Source: an uncultured delta proteobacterium
Lineage (GTDB): Bacteria > Desulfobacterota > Desulfobacteria > Desulfobacterales > B30-G6
Assembly (NCBI GenBank): GCA_963842925.1
Contig: CAWJIL010000017.1
Location: 5,423 to 69,422 of the forward strand
DNA length: 64,000 nt
Direction: 5' to 3'
Position numbers and translations under genes: made by a program. Positions 48,351 to 58,685 of this stretch are shown here, in pieces (position 1 is the stretch's first letter; each line of letters starts with the position of its first letter). Under the pieces are notes generated by a model that saw nothing but the letters and a program-made list of their open reading frames with translations, ran no database searches and was not told where the DNA came from.

Positions 48351-48365
48351 GCAACTCCTGTGCCA
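48351..48365 (-). promoter_or_regulatory. Sigma-54 (-24/-12) promoter
   Basis: The minus strand reads TTGGCAC-AGGAG-TTGCT. Confidence 0.8.
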
Positions 48366-48467
48366 AGATCATGCCGGCGTTCGGGGAAAATGTATTGAGA
48401 TGGCATCTATTTGGTGGGAAAGGAATGACGGGTTATTTGAGCGGCCACGTTTAATTAAATACCCGGG

Positions 48468-49871
48468 CTAGCCTTTTTTGAATTCTTCTTTGGATATGTT
48501 GTAACGATGCATGAGTTTGTTCAATTGTCGCGGGCTGATACCGGCCTTTCGAGCTGAATCATTAATTTTACCGTGGCAGGTTCTTAAAAGTTCGCGGAGG
48601 TAGTTTCGCTCGATGGCCTCGATACCTTGTCGGCGTGTGTCCGCCAAGGAGTGAAAAGCGGTATATGCGGATGTTTTGATTCCGGGATCATGTTCAAAAA
48701 ACTCACTGGGAAAACTACCCACCGTCAAAATCGATGATGTTTCCAGGATGTAAGCCCTTTCGATCAAGTTTTCCAATTCACGGATATTACCAGGCCAGGT
48801 GTATTGCTGGAAAGCAGTGATCACCCGTTGATCGATATCATGGATCTCCTTGGATTCGAATTGGTTGAGCCGGCCCAGAATCGAATTGCAAATTTGAGGT
48901 AAATCCTCCAAGCGTTCCCTGAGAGGTGGTATCTGGATGGGGAATACATTTAATCGATAATAAAGATCTTTCCTGAATTCCCCTGTATCACACATCTTCA
49001 ACAAATCCGAATTGGTGGCGGCTATCACACGCACATTGGCTGTTAATGTTTCTTCTCCGCCGATCCGCTGAAATGTACCATCCTGAAGAAACTGCAGAAG
49101 TTTGACCTGCGCTGGTGCCATAATCGTTCCAATTTCATCCAGAAAGATAGTTCCGTTGCCGGCAATTTCAAAGCGACCCAGTTTCCGCCTAACGGAACCA
49201 GTAAAGGCACCTTTCTCATGTCCGTATAATTCGCTTTCCAGAAGTGTTTCCGGTATCGCCCCACAGTGCACGCTAATAAATGGATCATCTCTGCGATTAC
49301 TGTGCTGGTGGATCAACTTGGCCATCAGGGTTTTACCAGTACCGGTTTCACCCATCAAGAACACCGTGCTTTTAGTGGGAGCCACCGAACGAATCTGGTC
49401 AAACACTTTCTGCATGCGCAAATTGTTTGTGCGCACAACCGCCAAGGAATCAACATGCCAGAACTTATCCCGAAGATAGTCAAGTTCCGATGTCATGATA
49501 ATGCAGTCCTGTATGTTTTCCGATACAAGCCTGACTTCCGCTTCGTCCACCGGATAGCTTAAGTAGTTTCGCGCACCTGCTTTGACGATCATGACGGTTT
49601 TTCGCATATCTGTAGGGGGCGCCAGAATAATGATTTCAATGATGGGGTTCAATTCCCAGATGGGCTTCAAGGCAGTTTTGAAATGAGGACCAGACAGGTT
49701 TTCCAGCAGGATATCCTGGTCGATAAAAAGATAATCGTAGCGCACTGACTTAAGATATTGAAGCGTTTCTGCCATTGAGGAGGCACTGTCTACCCGGTAA
49801 TCCTTGGCAAAACAATGATAAATGCTTTGGATGGCATCGTGTTCCGTGGAGACAACCAGAACAGCTTTCAT
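48468..49871 (-). CDS. Sigma-54-dependent activator (atypical REC-AAA+-HTH, 467 aa)
   Basis: GETGTGKT, ESELYGHEKGAFTGS, IFLDEIG, GNIRELEN and a C-terminal HTH. The receiver keeps FIDQD but lacks the DD pocket (STEHD) and the conserved Lys (YLSYP). Confidence 0.92.
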   Translation of the reverse strand: MKAVLVVSTEHDAIQSIYHCFAKDYRVDSASSMAETLQYLKSVRYDYLFIDQDILLENLSGPHFKTALKPIWELNPIIEIIILAPPTDMRKTVMIVKAGARNYLSYPVDEAEVRLVSENIQDCIIMTSELDYLRDKFWHVDSLAVVRTNNLRMQKVFDQIRSVAPTKSTVFLMGETGTGKTLMAKLIHQHSNRRDDPFISVHCGAIPETLLESELYGHEKGAFTGSVRRKLGRFEIAGNGTIFLDEIGTIMAPAQVKLLQFLQDGTFQRIGGEETLTANVRVIAATNSDLLKMCDTGEFRKDLYYRLNVFPIQIPPLRERLEDLPQICNSILGRLNQFESKEIHDIDQRVITAFQQYTWPGNIRELENLIERAYILETSSILTVGSFPSEFFEHDPGIKTSAYTAFHSLADTRRQGIEAIERNYLRELLRTCHGKINDSARKAGISPRQLNKLMHRYNISKEEFKKG

Positions 49872-50023
49872 GCGTGCACCCTTTCGGTTTGTCGATGATG
49901 ATTTGTCTCAAGCATTGTCTATATAGCGCTTTTCCAAATGTCAATACCCTATCACACCAACGGACAATCACCAGGTTTCACCCTATGGCACGCCCCCGGC
50001 TACCATCATTTTCACGCTTTTTA

Positions 50024-51286
50024 TTACAGGTACATACTTTTGAAAACATGCCAATATTCAGGAAAGGACTTTTCCACGCAAGACTCGTCTCTGATGGAAA
50101 TACCCGGGATTTTAAGTCCTGCAATGGCAAAACTCATGGCAATCCTATGATCGTTGTAGGTATCAATCTCGGCACCATGCGACCAGCCTCCCGTTATGAT
50201 CAGATCCGTGTTTGTCCATTCCGCTTCGACACCCAGTTTGGAAAGCTCCCTGATAACCGCATCAATGCGATCACATTCCTTGGCTTTAAGGTGCGCCACA
50301 TTTTTAATAACCGTTGTCCCTTCAGCAAATGCAGCCACGATGGCAAGGGTCGGGACCATATCAGGCATATCTTCCATATCAACTTCGATTCCTGAAAGTC
50401 GCCCCCCGGTGACGGCAACACCGTTGTTTTGCTTGTGAAGAACACAGCCCATTTTCCCAAGCGTTTCAGCAAAGTGAACATCCCCTTGTCGGGAGTTGTC
50501 CTTTATCCCCATTACCTTGACAGTTGAACCGGTAACGGCCGCTGCTGCCCAGAAATAACCGGCTTGAGAGCTGTCCGGCTCCACCAAATACTTCCCGGAT
50601 CTGTATACCTGACCACCTTCGACTGTAAACCTGTCGTATGCGTCGCATGCCACTCCGACATTGAATTGACTCATTACGTCAACGGTCATATCGATGTATG
50701 GCTTTGAAACAGGCCCCTCGGTAATCTGTATTTCAAGCGTGCTTTCTGAAAAAGGTGCGACTAAAAGCAGTGCTGAAAGAAACTGGCTGCTCATTTTACA
50801 GTTTAACTGAATGGTTCCGCCTTTTATACGATGCCCGATAACTTCAATTGGAGGGCACCCATTGCCTTTAACAGAAGAAGCCGGGATACCCATCAGATTC
50901 ATACTGTCCAGCAGGTCCTGAATTGGCCGTTGATGCATTCTTTCTGATCCCACAAGTGTATAGGTGCCCTTCCCCAAGGATACCAGCGGCGTAAGCAAAC
51001 GCATGGACGTTCCGGAATTTCCCAGATAAATCGGATCTGCCAAAGTCTGAAAATTTCCTTTTGACCCATGTACTTGGGTGGTGTCTCCCAGATCGTCAAT
51101 TCTTATCCCCAGTTTCATCAACGTTTTTTGGGTCAACAAAGTATCTTCACTTTTCAAACAGTTATTCAATACGCATACGCCGTCAGACAGAGCTGCGGCA
51201 ATAAGCATTCTATGGGTATAGCTTTTTGATCCGGGAACATTTATCTCAATATAATTTTTAATTTTATCAGGTTTTACTTCGATCAT
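50024..51286 (-). CDS. aroA: 3-phosphoshikimate 1-carboxyvinyltransferase (EPSP synthase)
   Basis: VPGSKSYTHRMLIAAALS, LGNSGTSMRLL and DHRIAMSFAIAGL. Confidence 0.95.
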   Translation of the reverse strand: MIEVKPDKIKNYIEINVPGSKSYTHRMLIAAALSDGVCVLNNCLKSEDTLLTQKTLMKLGIRIDDLGDTTQVHGSKGNFQTLADPIYLGNSGTSMRLLTPLVSLGKGTYTLVGSERMHQRPIQDLLDSMNLMGIPASSVKGNGCPPIEVIGHRIKGGTIQLNCKMSSQFLSALLLVAPFSESTLEIQITEGPVSKPYIDMTVDVMSQFNVGVACDAYDRFTVEGGQVYRSGKYLVEPDSSQAGYFWAAAAVTGSTVKVMGIKDNSRQGDVHFAETLGKMGCVLHKQNNGVAVTGGRLSGIEVDMEDMPDMVPTLAIVAAFAEGTTVIKNVAHLKAKECDRIDAVIRELSKLGVEAEWTNTDLIITGGWSHGAEIDTYNDHRIAMSFAIAGLKIPGISIRDESCVEKSFPEYWHVFKSMYL

Positions 51287-51394
51287 TTTTTTGCCTTTCC
51301 CTAAGCCGTAATTTATCTCTTTTTAATTTTCCGGACCATAAAATCGATATCCTTATAATACGCTAAGACAATGACGGAAACCCTGTAAATTAAA

Positions 51395-51973
51395 TCAATA
51401 CGGCCGCGGTGTGCCAGGATGGATGTATCCATTGGGAGGCGTGGTAACCCTATTTCTCGGATATGGGCCGATTCCCCATCGGGGAAGGACATATATTTCT
51501 CGATAGCGCTGTTTCTCCGAGGCGGTTGCCTGCGCTTCCGCCGCCGCTTTCATGGCCTCTTCCGCTTTTTTCTGGGCGGCCTTGGACTGGCGCTCGGCTT
51601 TTTCAAGACGCTTTTTCAATGCTTCAGTTTCTGCTGCTTCTCTTTTCAGCCGTCGTTGGGCAGTGATCTCTTCCATCATCTGTCGATGGGCATCAGCATG
51701 ATTTTTATCGGCAATTTTGTCATGGGGGATTTCTCTTGCCACATGGACGTCGGCAAAATAATCTGGGGGGTTGTCACTGAAATGCCTGGCACCGTTTTCG
51801 TCGACCCAGGAATAGATCTCCGCTCTGACCGCAAATACAGGTAGAAGTATCAACAACAATGCCCATCTGAACAGGAGCCGTGTCCCGGCAGCCATCCTGT
51901 ATTTTTTTTGTGGTTTGGACATTTTGTAGATATCTTTTATCATTGGCGTGCCGCTTTTTTTCATCTCTTTCAC
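51395..51973 (-). CDS. DUF4124-domain protein with a coiled-coil/basic C-terminus
   Basis: A signal/TM segment, then IYSWVDENGARHFSDNPP. The start codon is uncertain (GTG at 51973 or a downstream ATG). Confidence 0.7.
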   Translation of the reverse strand: MKEMKKSGTPMIKDIYKMSKPQKKYRMAAGTRLLFRWALLLILLPVFAVRAEIYSWVDENGARHFSDNPPDYFADVHVAREIPHDKIADKNHADAHRQMMEEITAQRRLKREAAETEALKKRLEKAERQSKAAQKKAEEAMKAAAEAQATASEKQRYREIYVLPRWGIGPYPRNRVTTPPNGYIHPGTPRPY

Positions 51974-51995
51974 AATCGGAAAACCAGAAGGATCC

Positions 51996-52484
51996 TTACT
52001 TTTCTAAAGCCGTAAAACCGGACCGGGCAATCTCTAAGACCCTTCTTTCCCCGGCATCCTGTAAAAATTCATCTATCATCTGTGAAGTCCCGGCAATCTG
52101 GACAGCATACACATCGAACTCTTGGCGATCAAGGATTTCAAAGAAGTGTTTGTCTTTAAGACGCTCAAGATTTGTTTCATCAGCCTGGAATTTAACGATT
52201 GCCACTTCTCGCCAGAAGCTCTGATTGATATCCAATTCCCGGGCTGAAATCACTTCAGTCATTTTTTCAATCTGCTTAACCACCTGACGCATATTCTGGT
52301 CGCTGTCCTCCCGTAGTGTCAGGGTCATGCGACTGATGCTCGGCTGCAATGTGGTACAGGCCGTAATCGTTTCAACATTATACATTTTACGGCGGATGAG
52401 CATGGAAATTTTGTTCAGAACCCCCGAGCGGTTCAGTGTAAAAATCAGGATGGCACGCCGTTTGGCTTGCACCGCGCTTGTCAT
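51996..52484 (-). CDS. ilvN: Acetolactate synthase small (regulatory) subunit
   Basis: ACT-domain pattern ILIFTLNRSGVLNKISMLIRRKMYNVETITA...SRMTLTL, directly downstream of ilvB. Confidence 0.9.
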   Translation of the reverse strand: MTSAVQAKRRAILIFTLNRSGVLNKISMLIRRKMYNVETITACTTLQPSISRMTLTLREDSDQNMRQVVKQIEKMTEVISARELDINQSFWREVAIVKFQADETNLERLKDKHFFEILDRQEFDVYAVQIAGTSQMIDEFLQDAGERRVLEIARSGFTALEK

Positions 52485-52603
52485 TGAAATCCTCCCATCA
52501 GTAGCTCCCCGGGCCCAAAGAACCCGGCATTATTGCTCTTGCGATTAAAGATAGCTTGTCGGTTTGAAACTTGGAAACCTTGTCTTGATCATTTATATTT
52601 ATG

Positions 52604-54325
52604 TCATTGAGAAACAATCATGTCTTTTATCCCGCCGCCTGCCGGCACCATGGGCAGGACAATTTCACTGGGGTCGCACAAGAATTCCACCAAGTAGGCG
52701 CCTTTGTGTTCGGCAGCGGTCTTGAGTGCGTCGGCTATCTGATCCGGCTCCGTTACCCGCAGATAGGGTATACCGTAGGCCTTGGCAATGCCCCCGAAAT
52801 CCGGGTTTTTCATGGGTGTCCCGGCATATCGGCCATCGTAAAAAATGGTTTGCCACTGCCGTACCATGCCCAGGTAGCCGTTGTTCAGCAGCAGGATTTT
52901 AACATCGATACCATGCTCCATGACAGCGCCCAACTCCTGGATGTTCATCTGGAATCCTCCGTCACCGCAGATAGACCACACCCGCTCATCCGGGCGGGCT
53001 AGCTTGACACCCACAGCCATGGGCAATGCGCAACCCATTGTGCCGGCACCACCGGATGTAAACCAGCTATTCGGGGTCTGGAAATTGTAAAACCGAGCCA
53101 AAATCATCTGGTGCTGACCGACATCCGAAACAATGATATCCTTGCCGCGGGTTACATGGGACAATTTCGAAACAATGCCCTTCATTAGGAGCTGCCCCTC
53201 TTTACCGATACCAACATCGATTTCTTTCTGCATGGCCGCCGCAATTTCAGATCGATAGCCATCGATCTGGTCGAACCAGGGCAACCGTGGTCTTGTCACA
53301 ATCCCTGGATCTTTGGCCAGCAGCTTGAGCGCCTCACCAATGTCAGCATTAATAGACAGTGTTGTCTTCACATTTTTATCGATTTCAGAGGGGTCGATCT
53401 CCACGTGAATTACGCGGGCATCCACGGCAAACAGATCGAGGTTCCCGGTAACCCTGTCATCAAAACGCATGCCAAAAGAGATAATAAGATCGGCGTGCAA
53501 CAGCGCGCGGTTGGCCTCCACAGTACCATGCATCCCAACCATACCCAGACTCAAAGGGTGATCCACCGGCATGGCCGAAAGTCCGTGCAGGGTAAACGCC
53601 ACCGGAATATTTGCTTTTTCGGCCAATTGTCTCAGCTGCTGTCCGGCATTGGTGGTGACCACACCGTGACCACAAAGAATAATCGGTCTTTGGCTTTGAT
53701 TGAGCATGCTTACTGCCGTTTGAATCTGATCCTTGTCCGGTATTGGTGAATAAAAAAAACCCGGCAGCTTGGGCTCATAGGCCAGGGGATCAAAATGATA
53801 ATCGTTATCTGTTTCCTGAGCTTGGATATCTTTGGGGATATCCACCACAACCGGCCCGCCCCGGCCTGTTAGGGCCACGTACATGGCCTCGTGGATGGTT
53901 TCTTCGAGTTCATTCACGGACAGGGGTAGGTAGGTCTGCTTGGTCAGGGGCATCATCACACCAACAACATCACTTTCCTGGAAGGCATCCGAAGCGATCA
54001 CCCCGGTAGCTACCTGGCCTGTGATGGCAAGCAAAGGCACGGAATCCATGCCAGCATCGGCAATGCCGGTCACAAGATTCATGGCACCGGGACCCGATGT
54101 TGCCATGCATACACCGGTACGTGGATGGGCAGTACCTACCGATGCACGTGAAATACCCTGGGCCATGAAAGCTGCGCCCTGTTCATGACGCGACATGATG
54201 AACTTGAAACATTTCTGTTTTTCCATTTCATCGAATATCGGCATGATGGCCCCACCGGTATAACCAAAAATATATTTGACGCCCTTATCTCTCAGCGCTT
54301 TTAACACCAGTTCCGAACCTTTCAT
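52604..54325 (-). CDS. ilvB: Acetolactate synthase large (catalytic) subunit
   Basis: GSELVLKALRDKGVKYIFGYTGGAIMPIFD, the ThDP motif GDGGFQMNIQELG...NNGYLGMV. The ATG at 54325 is preferred over the TTG at 54367. Confidence 0.95.
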   Translation of the reverse strand: MKGSELVLKALRDKGVKYIFGYTGGAIMPIFDEMEKQKCFKFIMSRHEQGAAFMAQGISRASVGTAHPRTGVCMATSGPGAMNLVTGIADAGMDSVPLLAITGQVATGVIASDAFQESDVVGVMMPLTKQTYLPLSVNELEETIHEAMYVALTGRGGPVVVDIPKDIQAQETDNDYHFDPLAYEPKLPGFFYSPIPDKDQIQTAVSMLNQSQRPIILCGHGVVTTNAGQQLRQLAEKANIPVAFTLHGLSAMPVDHPLSLGMVGMHGTVEANRALLHADLIISFGMRFDDRVTGNLDLFAVDARVIHVEIDPSEIDKNVKTTLSINADIGEALKLLAKDPGIVTRPRLPWFDQIDGYRSEIAAAMQKEIDVGIGKEGQLLMKGIVSKLSHVTRGKDIIVSDVGQHQMILARFYNFQTPNSWFTSGGAGTMGCALPMAVGVKLARPDERVWSICGDGGFQMNIQELGAVMEHGIDVKILLLNNGYLGMVRQWQTIFYDGRYAGTPMKNPDFGGIAKAYGIPYLRVTEPDQIADALKTAAEHKGAYLVEFLCDPSEIVLPMVPAGGGIKDMIVSQ

Positions 54326-54519
54326 GATATGCGGTGTCCTCCCGTTAAATTCCCGGCCCTGTGACAAGGCATGGGTTTAAAAATAGAATATAATATAAAC
54401 ACGTTTTCTATCTTTGGCTACAATTCCCCGCAATAGGGTTGACTTAGCCCTTTTGAATCACCATTTTAGTCATGTTACAAACATCAATGCAAACAATCAT
54501 ATGAACGAAAAGAGCCAAC

Positions 54520-55932
54520 ATGGGAAAAACACTGTTTGAAAAAATTTGGAACAAACACAAGATAAAAGAGCTACCGGATGGATCGACCTTGTTGTATATT
54601 GACCGCCATCTCGTGCATGAGGTTACCAGCCCCCAGGCCTTTGAAGGCATCCGACTGGCAGGGTACACCGTCCGCTCCCCGCACTTGGCCGTTGCGACCA
54701 TGGACCACAATGTTCCCACAACCGAAGACCGCTTCAACATCGAAGACCCGGTCTCCAGAAACCAGGTGGAAGCTCTCAGGAAAAACTGCGCAGATTTCGG
54801 GATCAGACTGTTTGATATCGGAGATGAGCACCAGGGCATCGTACACGTCATCGGACCTGAAACGGGTATCACGCTTCCGGGACTCACCATCGTCTGCGGC
54901 GACTCCCACACATCGACCCACGGCGCTTTTGGCGCACTGGCCTTTGGTATCGGAACCTCTGAAGTAGAGCATGTCCTGGTAACACAGACACTTGTGCAGC
55001 GCAAACCCGGTACATTGAAGGTGGAATTCAGTGGCCACCTTGCGCCCCATGTATTTTCAAAAGACATGGTACTCAAAATGATCGGCATCATTGGTACAGC
55101 CGGTGGATCCGGCTCCGTGCTGGAATACTGTGGTGAGGCAGTAAGCGCGCTTTCCATGGAAGCACGTATGACCATGTGCAACATGAGTATCGAAGCCGGT
55201 GCCCGTGCAGGCATGATCGCCCCGGATGACACCACTTTCTCGTATATCACCAGCAGGGAACGCCCCTATGCACCTAAGGGAGAGGCATTGGATCGCGCCC
55301 TGGCCTACTGGCGCGCCCTCCCCAGCGATGCCGATGCCGTATTCGACCGATCCCTGACCATCGATGCTGCTCGTCTTGCACCCCAGATTACCTGGGGAAC
55401 CAATCCGGGTATGGTAATCGATATTGATCAGCCCGTGCCGGAACCGGGTTTTGCGGAAGGTTACAGCCGGTCGGATGTGGAAAATGCTCTGGCTTATATG
55501 GGTCTGAAGCCAGGCACCAAGATGACCGACGTTCCCGTGGATGTTGTCTTCATCGGCAGTTGCACCAACTCACGCATTGAAGACCTGAGACAGGCGGCAA
55601 CCATCCTGAAAGGCAGGAAAAAGGCCGAGCATGTTCAACTGCTGGTGGTGCCCGGCTCACACCAGGTCCGTCTTCAGGCGGAAGCCGAAGGTCTGGATAC
55701 GATATTCAAAGCCGCTGGCGCCCAGTGGCGCTATGCAGGGTGCAGCATGTGCCTGGCCATGAATCCGGATCAACTTCACCCCCAACAGCGTGCAGCCTCG
55801 ACATCAAACCGAAATTTCGAGGGCCGCCAGGGAAAAGACGGCCGCACGCATCTGGTCAGTCCGGAAATGGCCGCTGCCGCTGCCGTAGCCGGTAAATTTG
55901 TTGATATCCGCCAATGGAAGGAATCATCATGA
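54520..55932 (+). CDS. leuC: 3-isopropylmalate dehydratase large subunit
   Basis: [13 protein letters not shown]...[29 protein letters not shown] and CSMCLAMN. Confidence 0.96.
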   Translation: MGKTLFEKIWNKHKIKELPDGSTLLYIDRHLVHEVTSPQAFEGIRLAGYTVRSPHLAVATMDHNVPTTEDRFNIEDPVSRNQVEALRKNCADFGIRLFDIGDEHQGIVHVIGPETGITLPGLTIVCGDSHTSTHGAFGALAFGIGTSEVEHVLVTQTLVQRKPGTLKVEFSGHLAPHVFSKDMVLKMIGIIGTAGGSGSVLEYCGEAVSALSMEARMTMCNMSIEAGARAGMIAPDDTTFSYITSRERPYAPKGEALDRALAYWRALPSDADAVFDRSLTIDAARLAPQITWGTNPGMVIDIDQPVPEPGFAEGYSRSDVENALAYMGLKPGTKMTDVPVDVVFIGSCTNSRIEDLRQAATILKGRKKAEHVQLLVVPGSHQVRLQAEAEGLDTIFKAAGAQWRYAGCSMCLAMNPDQLHPQQRAASTSNRNFEGRQGKDGRTHLVSPEMAAAAAVAGKFVDIRQWKESS

Positions 55933-56564
55933 AACCATTTACCACCCACACCGGCATTGTGGCCATTCTCAACCGGGCCAATGTCGATACCGATGCCATC
56001 ATCCCCAAACAGTTTCTAAAGTCCATTAAACGTACCGGATACGGACCCAATGCTTTTTTCGACTGGCGCTATACGTCCGATGGCAACCCCAACCCCGACT
56101 TTGAACTCAACCAGCAGCGCTTTAAAGATCGTTCCATCCTGGTGACCCGTAATAATTTTGGCTGTGGCTCCAGTCGGGAACATGCCGTCTGGGCCCTGGT
56201 TCAGGACGGTTATCGGGTGATCATTGCCCCTGGTAAAGACATGGGGAAAAAAGTACTGCCGGCCTTTGCCGACATCTTTCGCATCAATGCCGCAAAGAAC
56301 GGATTGCTGGTCATCGAATTGTCGGAGAACCAGGTGGATGAAATTTTTGGGCTTGTGGAGACGCACAGCGGCTTGAAAGCCACCATCGATCTGGTTCAAC
56401 AGCAGATTGGTTTGCATGCGGATCCGCCGCAGGCATTTGATTTTGAAATCGAGCCTGCCATCAAAGAGCAGTTGCTTAAGGGACTGGATGACATCGCCCA
56501 GACACTGCAGCATGAAACGGACATCGCTCAATTTGAAAAAAGTCACGATCCCCTGGGGCCGTAG
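55929..56564 (+). CDS. leuD: 3-isopropylmalate dehydratase small subunit
   Basis: [31 protein letters not shown] and [19 protein letters not shown] overlap with leuC. Confidence 0.95.
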   Translation: MKPFTTHTGIVAILNRANVDTDAIIPKQFLKSIKRTGYGPNAFFDWRYTSDGNPNPDFELNQQRFKDRSILVTRNNFGCGSSREHAVWALVQDGYRVIIAPGKDMGKKVLPAFADIFRINAAKNGLLVIELSENQVDEIFGLVETHSGLKATIDLVQQQIGLHADPPQAFDFEIEPAIKEQLLKGLDDIAQTLQHETDIAQFEKSHDPLGP

Positions 56565-56754
56565 AACGAATGAACGTCGAACCCTTGTTTGTTCATTGAG
56601 TTCATTGTGTTTGTTGGGTTTATTGAGTTGCCCCCGGTAAACAGTATACAGCGTTTACCAGATCACTATTTCCTCAACCCAATGAACCCTATTCCCTCCA
56701 ACCCTTGTACCCTTTCATAGCCTTTTAGGGTTTTAGGCTGAAGACTGTTAGGCT

Positions 56755-56828
56755 GCTTACCGCTTAGGGCTTATTGCTTATAGCTCAAATCACCCTCGGA
56801 CCCTTGAATCCTCGAATCCTTGAACCCT
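56755..56828. repeat. Short-period intergenic repeats (a GCTTA-type block and a GAATCCT-type block)
   Basis: GCTTACCGCTTAGGGCTTATTGCTTATAGCTC, then CTTGAATCCTCGAATCCTTGAACCCT. Confidence 0.6.
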
Positions 56829-56837
56829 CTCTGTAGA

Positions 56838-58517
56838 TCACTCATCCGTAACACAGCCTTCCGAAGCGGATTTCACATTTTTGATATATTTGTACAGCGT
56901 ACCGCGACTCACCTTGTAAGGTGGTGCGGTCCATGCGTTGTGCCGGGTGGTGAGTTCTTTCTCGCTCAAATCAACACTGATGGTGTTATGGGCCGCATCG
57001 ATTCTGATTTGATCCCCATTGTGCACCAGCGCAATAGGACCGCCCACCTGAGCTTCGGGTGCAATATGACCGACGATAAATCCGTGTGATCCGCCGGAAA
57101 AGCGGCCGTCGGTCAGCAGGGCCACATCTTTTCCAAGACCGGCCCCCATGATAGCCGAGGTGGGGGTCAGCATTTCCGGCATGCCCGGACCACCCTTAGG
57201 TCCTTCGTAGCGAATGATGATCACATCGCCCTTTTTTATCTGGTTTTTTTGCAGCGCCGTAAGCATGTGCTCCTCCGAGTCAAAAACATTGGCCGGCCCG
57301 GCAAAGGAGACACCTTCCTTTCCGGTAATCTTCCCTACGGCGCCCTCCGGTGCCAGATTCCCCCGCAGAATCTGAATATGCCCTCTTTTGTGAATCGGCT
57401 GCTCCAGGAAGCTGATGACCCTCTGACCTTTGGTCAGCGCCCCGGCGTCCGTCAGGTTTTCAGCCAGGGTTTTGCCCGTAACCGTCAGACAGTCCCCATG
57501 CAGCATGTCTTCCGCCAGCAGGTATTTCATCAAACCCGGAATGCCACCCACATCATCCAGATCTTCCTGCATATAACGGCCGCTGGGTTTCATATCCGCC
57601 AGCAGTGGCACACGGTCACTGATACGCTGGAAGTCGTCAATACCCAGGTTGACCGATACAGCCCGCGCCATGGCAATCAAATGCAGCACGGCATTGGTCG
57701 ATCCACCCAGAGCGGAGGTTACGACCATGGCGTTTTCAAAGGCTTGACGGGTCATAATATCTCTGGGTTTGATATCCTTTTCCAGCAGCCGCCGAATGGC
57801 CGCCCCGACCTGGGCGCATTCATCAATTTTCTGGGAGGATTCAGCTGGGCGACTGGCGCTGTATGGCAGGGACATCCCCATGGCTTCAATTGCCGATGCC
57901 ATGGTATTGGCGGTGTACATACCCCCGCAGGCACCCGCACCTGGGCAGCTGTTTTTGACAATTGCTTGGCGCTGCTCCTCATCGATGGCACCGCTGATAA
58001 ACTCGCCATAACTCTGAAAAGCGGAAACAATATCCACTTTCCGGTCTTCAAACATTCCGCTCCTGATAGTGCCGCCATAGACCATCAGGGCCGGTCTGTT
58101 CACCCGGCCCATGGCAATCAGACAGCCCGGCATGTTCTTGTCACAGCCCGGAAGAGAAATGTTGGCATCATACCACTGGGCACGCATGACCGTCTCGATG
58201 GAATCGGCAATCAAATCCCGTGACTGTAATGAATAACTCATTCCCTCGGTCCCCATGGATATGCCGTCGCTAACCCCGATGGTATTGAAACGCAGCCCCA
58301 CAAGATCAGCCGCTTCCACACTTTCTTTTACCTTTGCAGCCAGCTCATTGAGGTGCATGTTGCAGGGGTTGCCTTCGTACCATACACTGCTGATCCCAAC
58401 CTGTGCTTTGGTCATATCAGAATCGGTCAATCCGACGCCGTACAGCATCGCCTGAGACGCACCCTGTGACTTGGGTTCGGTAATGCGTGAACTATATTTG
58501 TTCAATTTGTTAACCAT
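56838..58517 (-). CDS. ilvD: Dihydroxy-acid dehydratase
   Basis: [36 protein letters not shown] and 559 aa length. Confidence 0.96.
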   Translation of the reverse strand: MVNKLNKYSSRITEPKSQGASQAMLYGVGLTDSDMTKAQVGISSVWYEGNPCNMHLNELAAKVKESVEAADLVGLRFNTIGVSDGISMGTEGMSYSLQSRDLIADSIETVMRAQWYDANISLPGCDKNMPGCLIAMGRVNRPALMVYGGTIRSGMFEDRKVDIVSAFQSYGEFISGAIDEEQRQAIVKNSCPGAGACGGMYTANTMASAIEAMGMSLPYSASRPAESSQKIDECAQVGAAIRRLLEKDIKPRDIMTRQAFENAMVVTSALGGSTNAVLHLIAMARAVSVNLGIDDFQRISDRVPLLADMKPSGRYMQEDLDDVGGIPGLMKYLLAEDMLHGDCLTVTGKTLAENLTDAGALTKGQRVISFLEQPIHKRGHIQILRGNLAPEGAVGKITGKEGVSFAGPANVFDSEEHMLTALQKNQIKKGDVIIIRYEGPKGGPGMPEMLTPTSAIMGAGLGKDVALLTDGRFSGGSHGFIVGHIAPEAQVGGPIALVHNGDQIRIDAAHNTISVDLSEKELTTRHNAWTAPPYKVSRGTLYKYIKNVKSASEGCVTDE

Positions 58518-58540
58518 TATATAATCCCCTTTTTTTGGGT

Positions 58541-58609
58541 TCTATCACCTTTGCCATAAGTATGTTCCAGTTGGCTTGTTACTAACGCTTCGGCGGGTGA
58601 CGGCAAACA
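58541..58609 (+). repeat. ~70 bp intergenic repeat, copy A
   Basis: TTGCCATAAGTATGTT (16/16 identical to copy B), a 23 nt variable segment, then TCGGCGGGTGACGGCAAACA (19/20). Confidence 0.75.
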
Positions 58610-58685
58610 GCCGGTCGCCTGTTTGAAGATTCCCCGCGGCATGCAAAGCACTTCCGCACGGCAGAACTCACGGGATATGCGCTCA

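Noticed and set aside
54444-55250. 268 aa minus-strand ORF (and similar ORFs at 57249-58223, 45819-46313, 35499-35951 and 25867-26364)
   Set aside because: They run antisense to well-supported genes (leuC, ilvD, the transporter, the K+ channel and the DASS permease). These are typical long antisense frames with no family resemblance.
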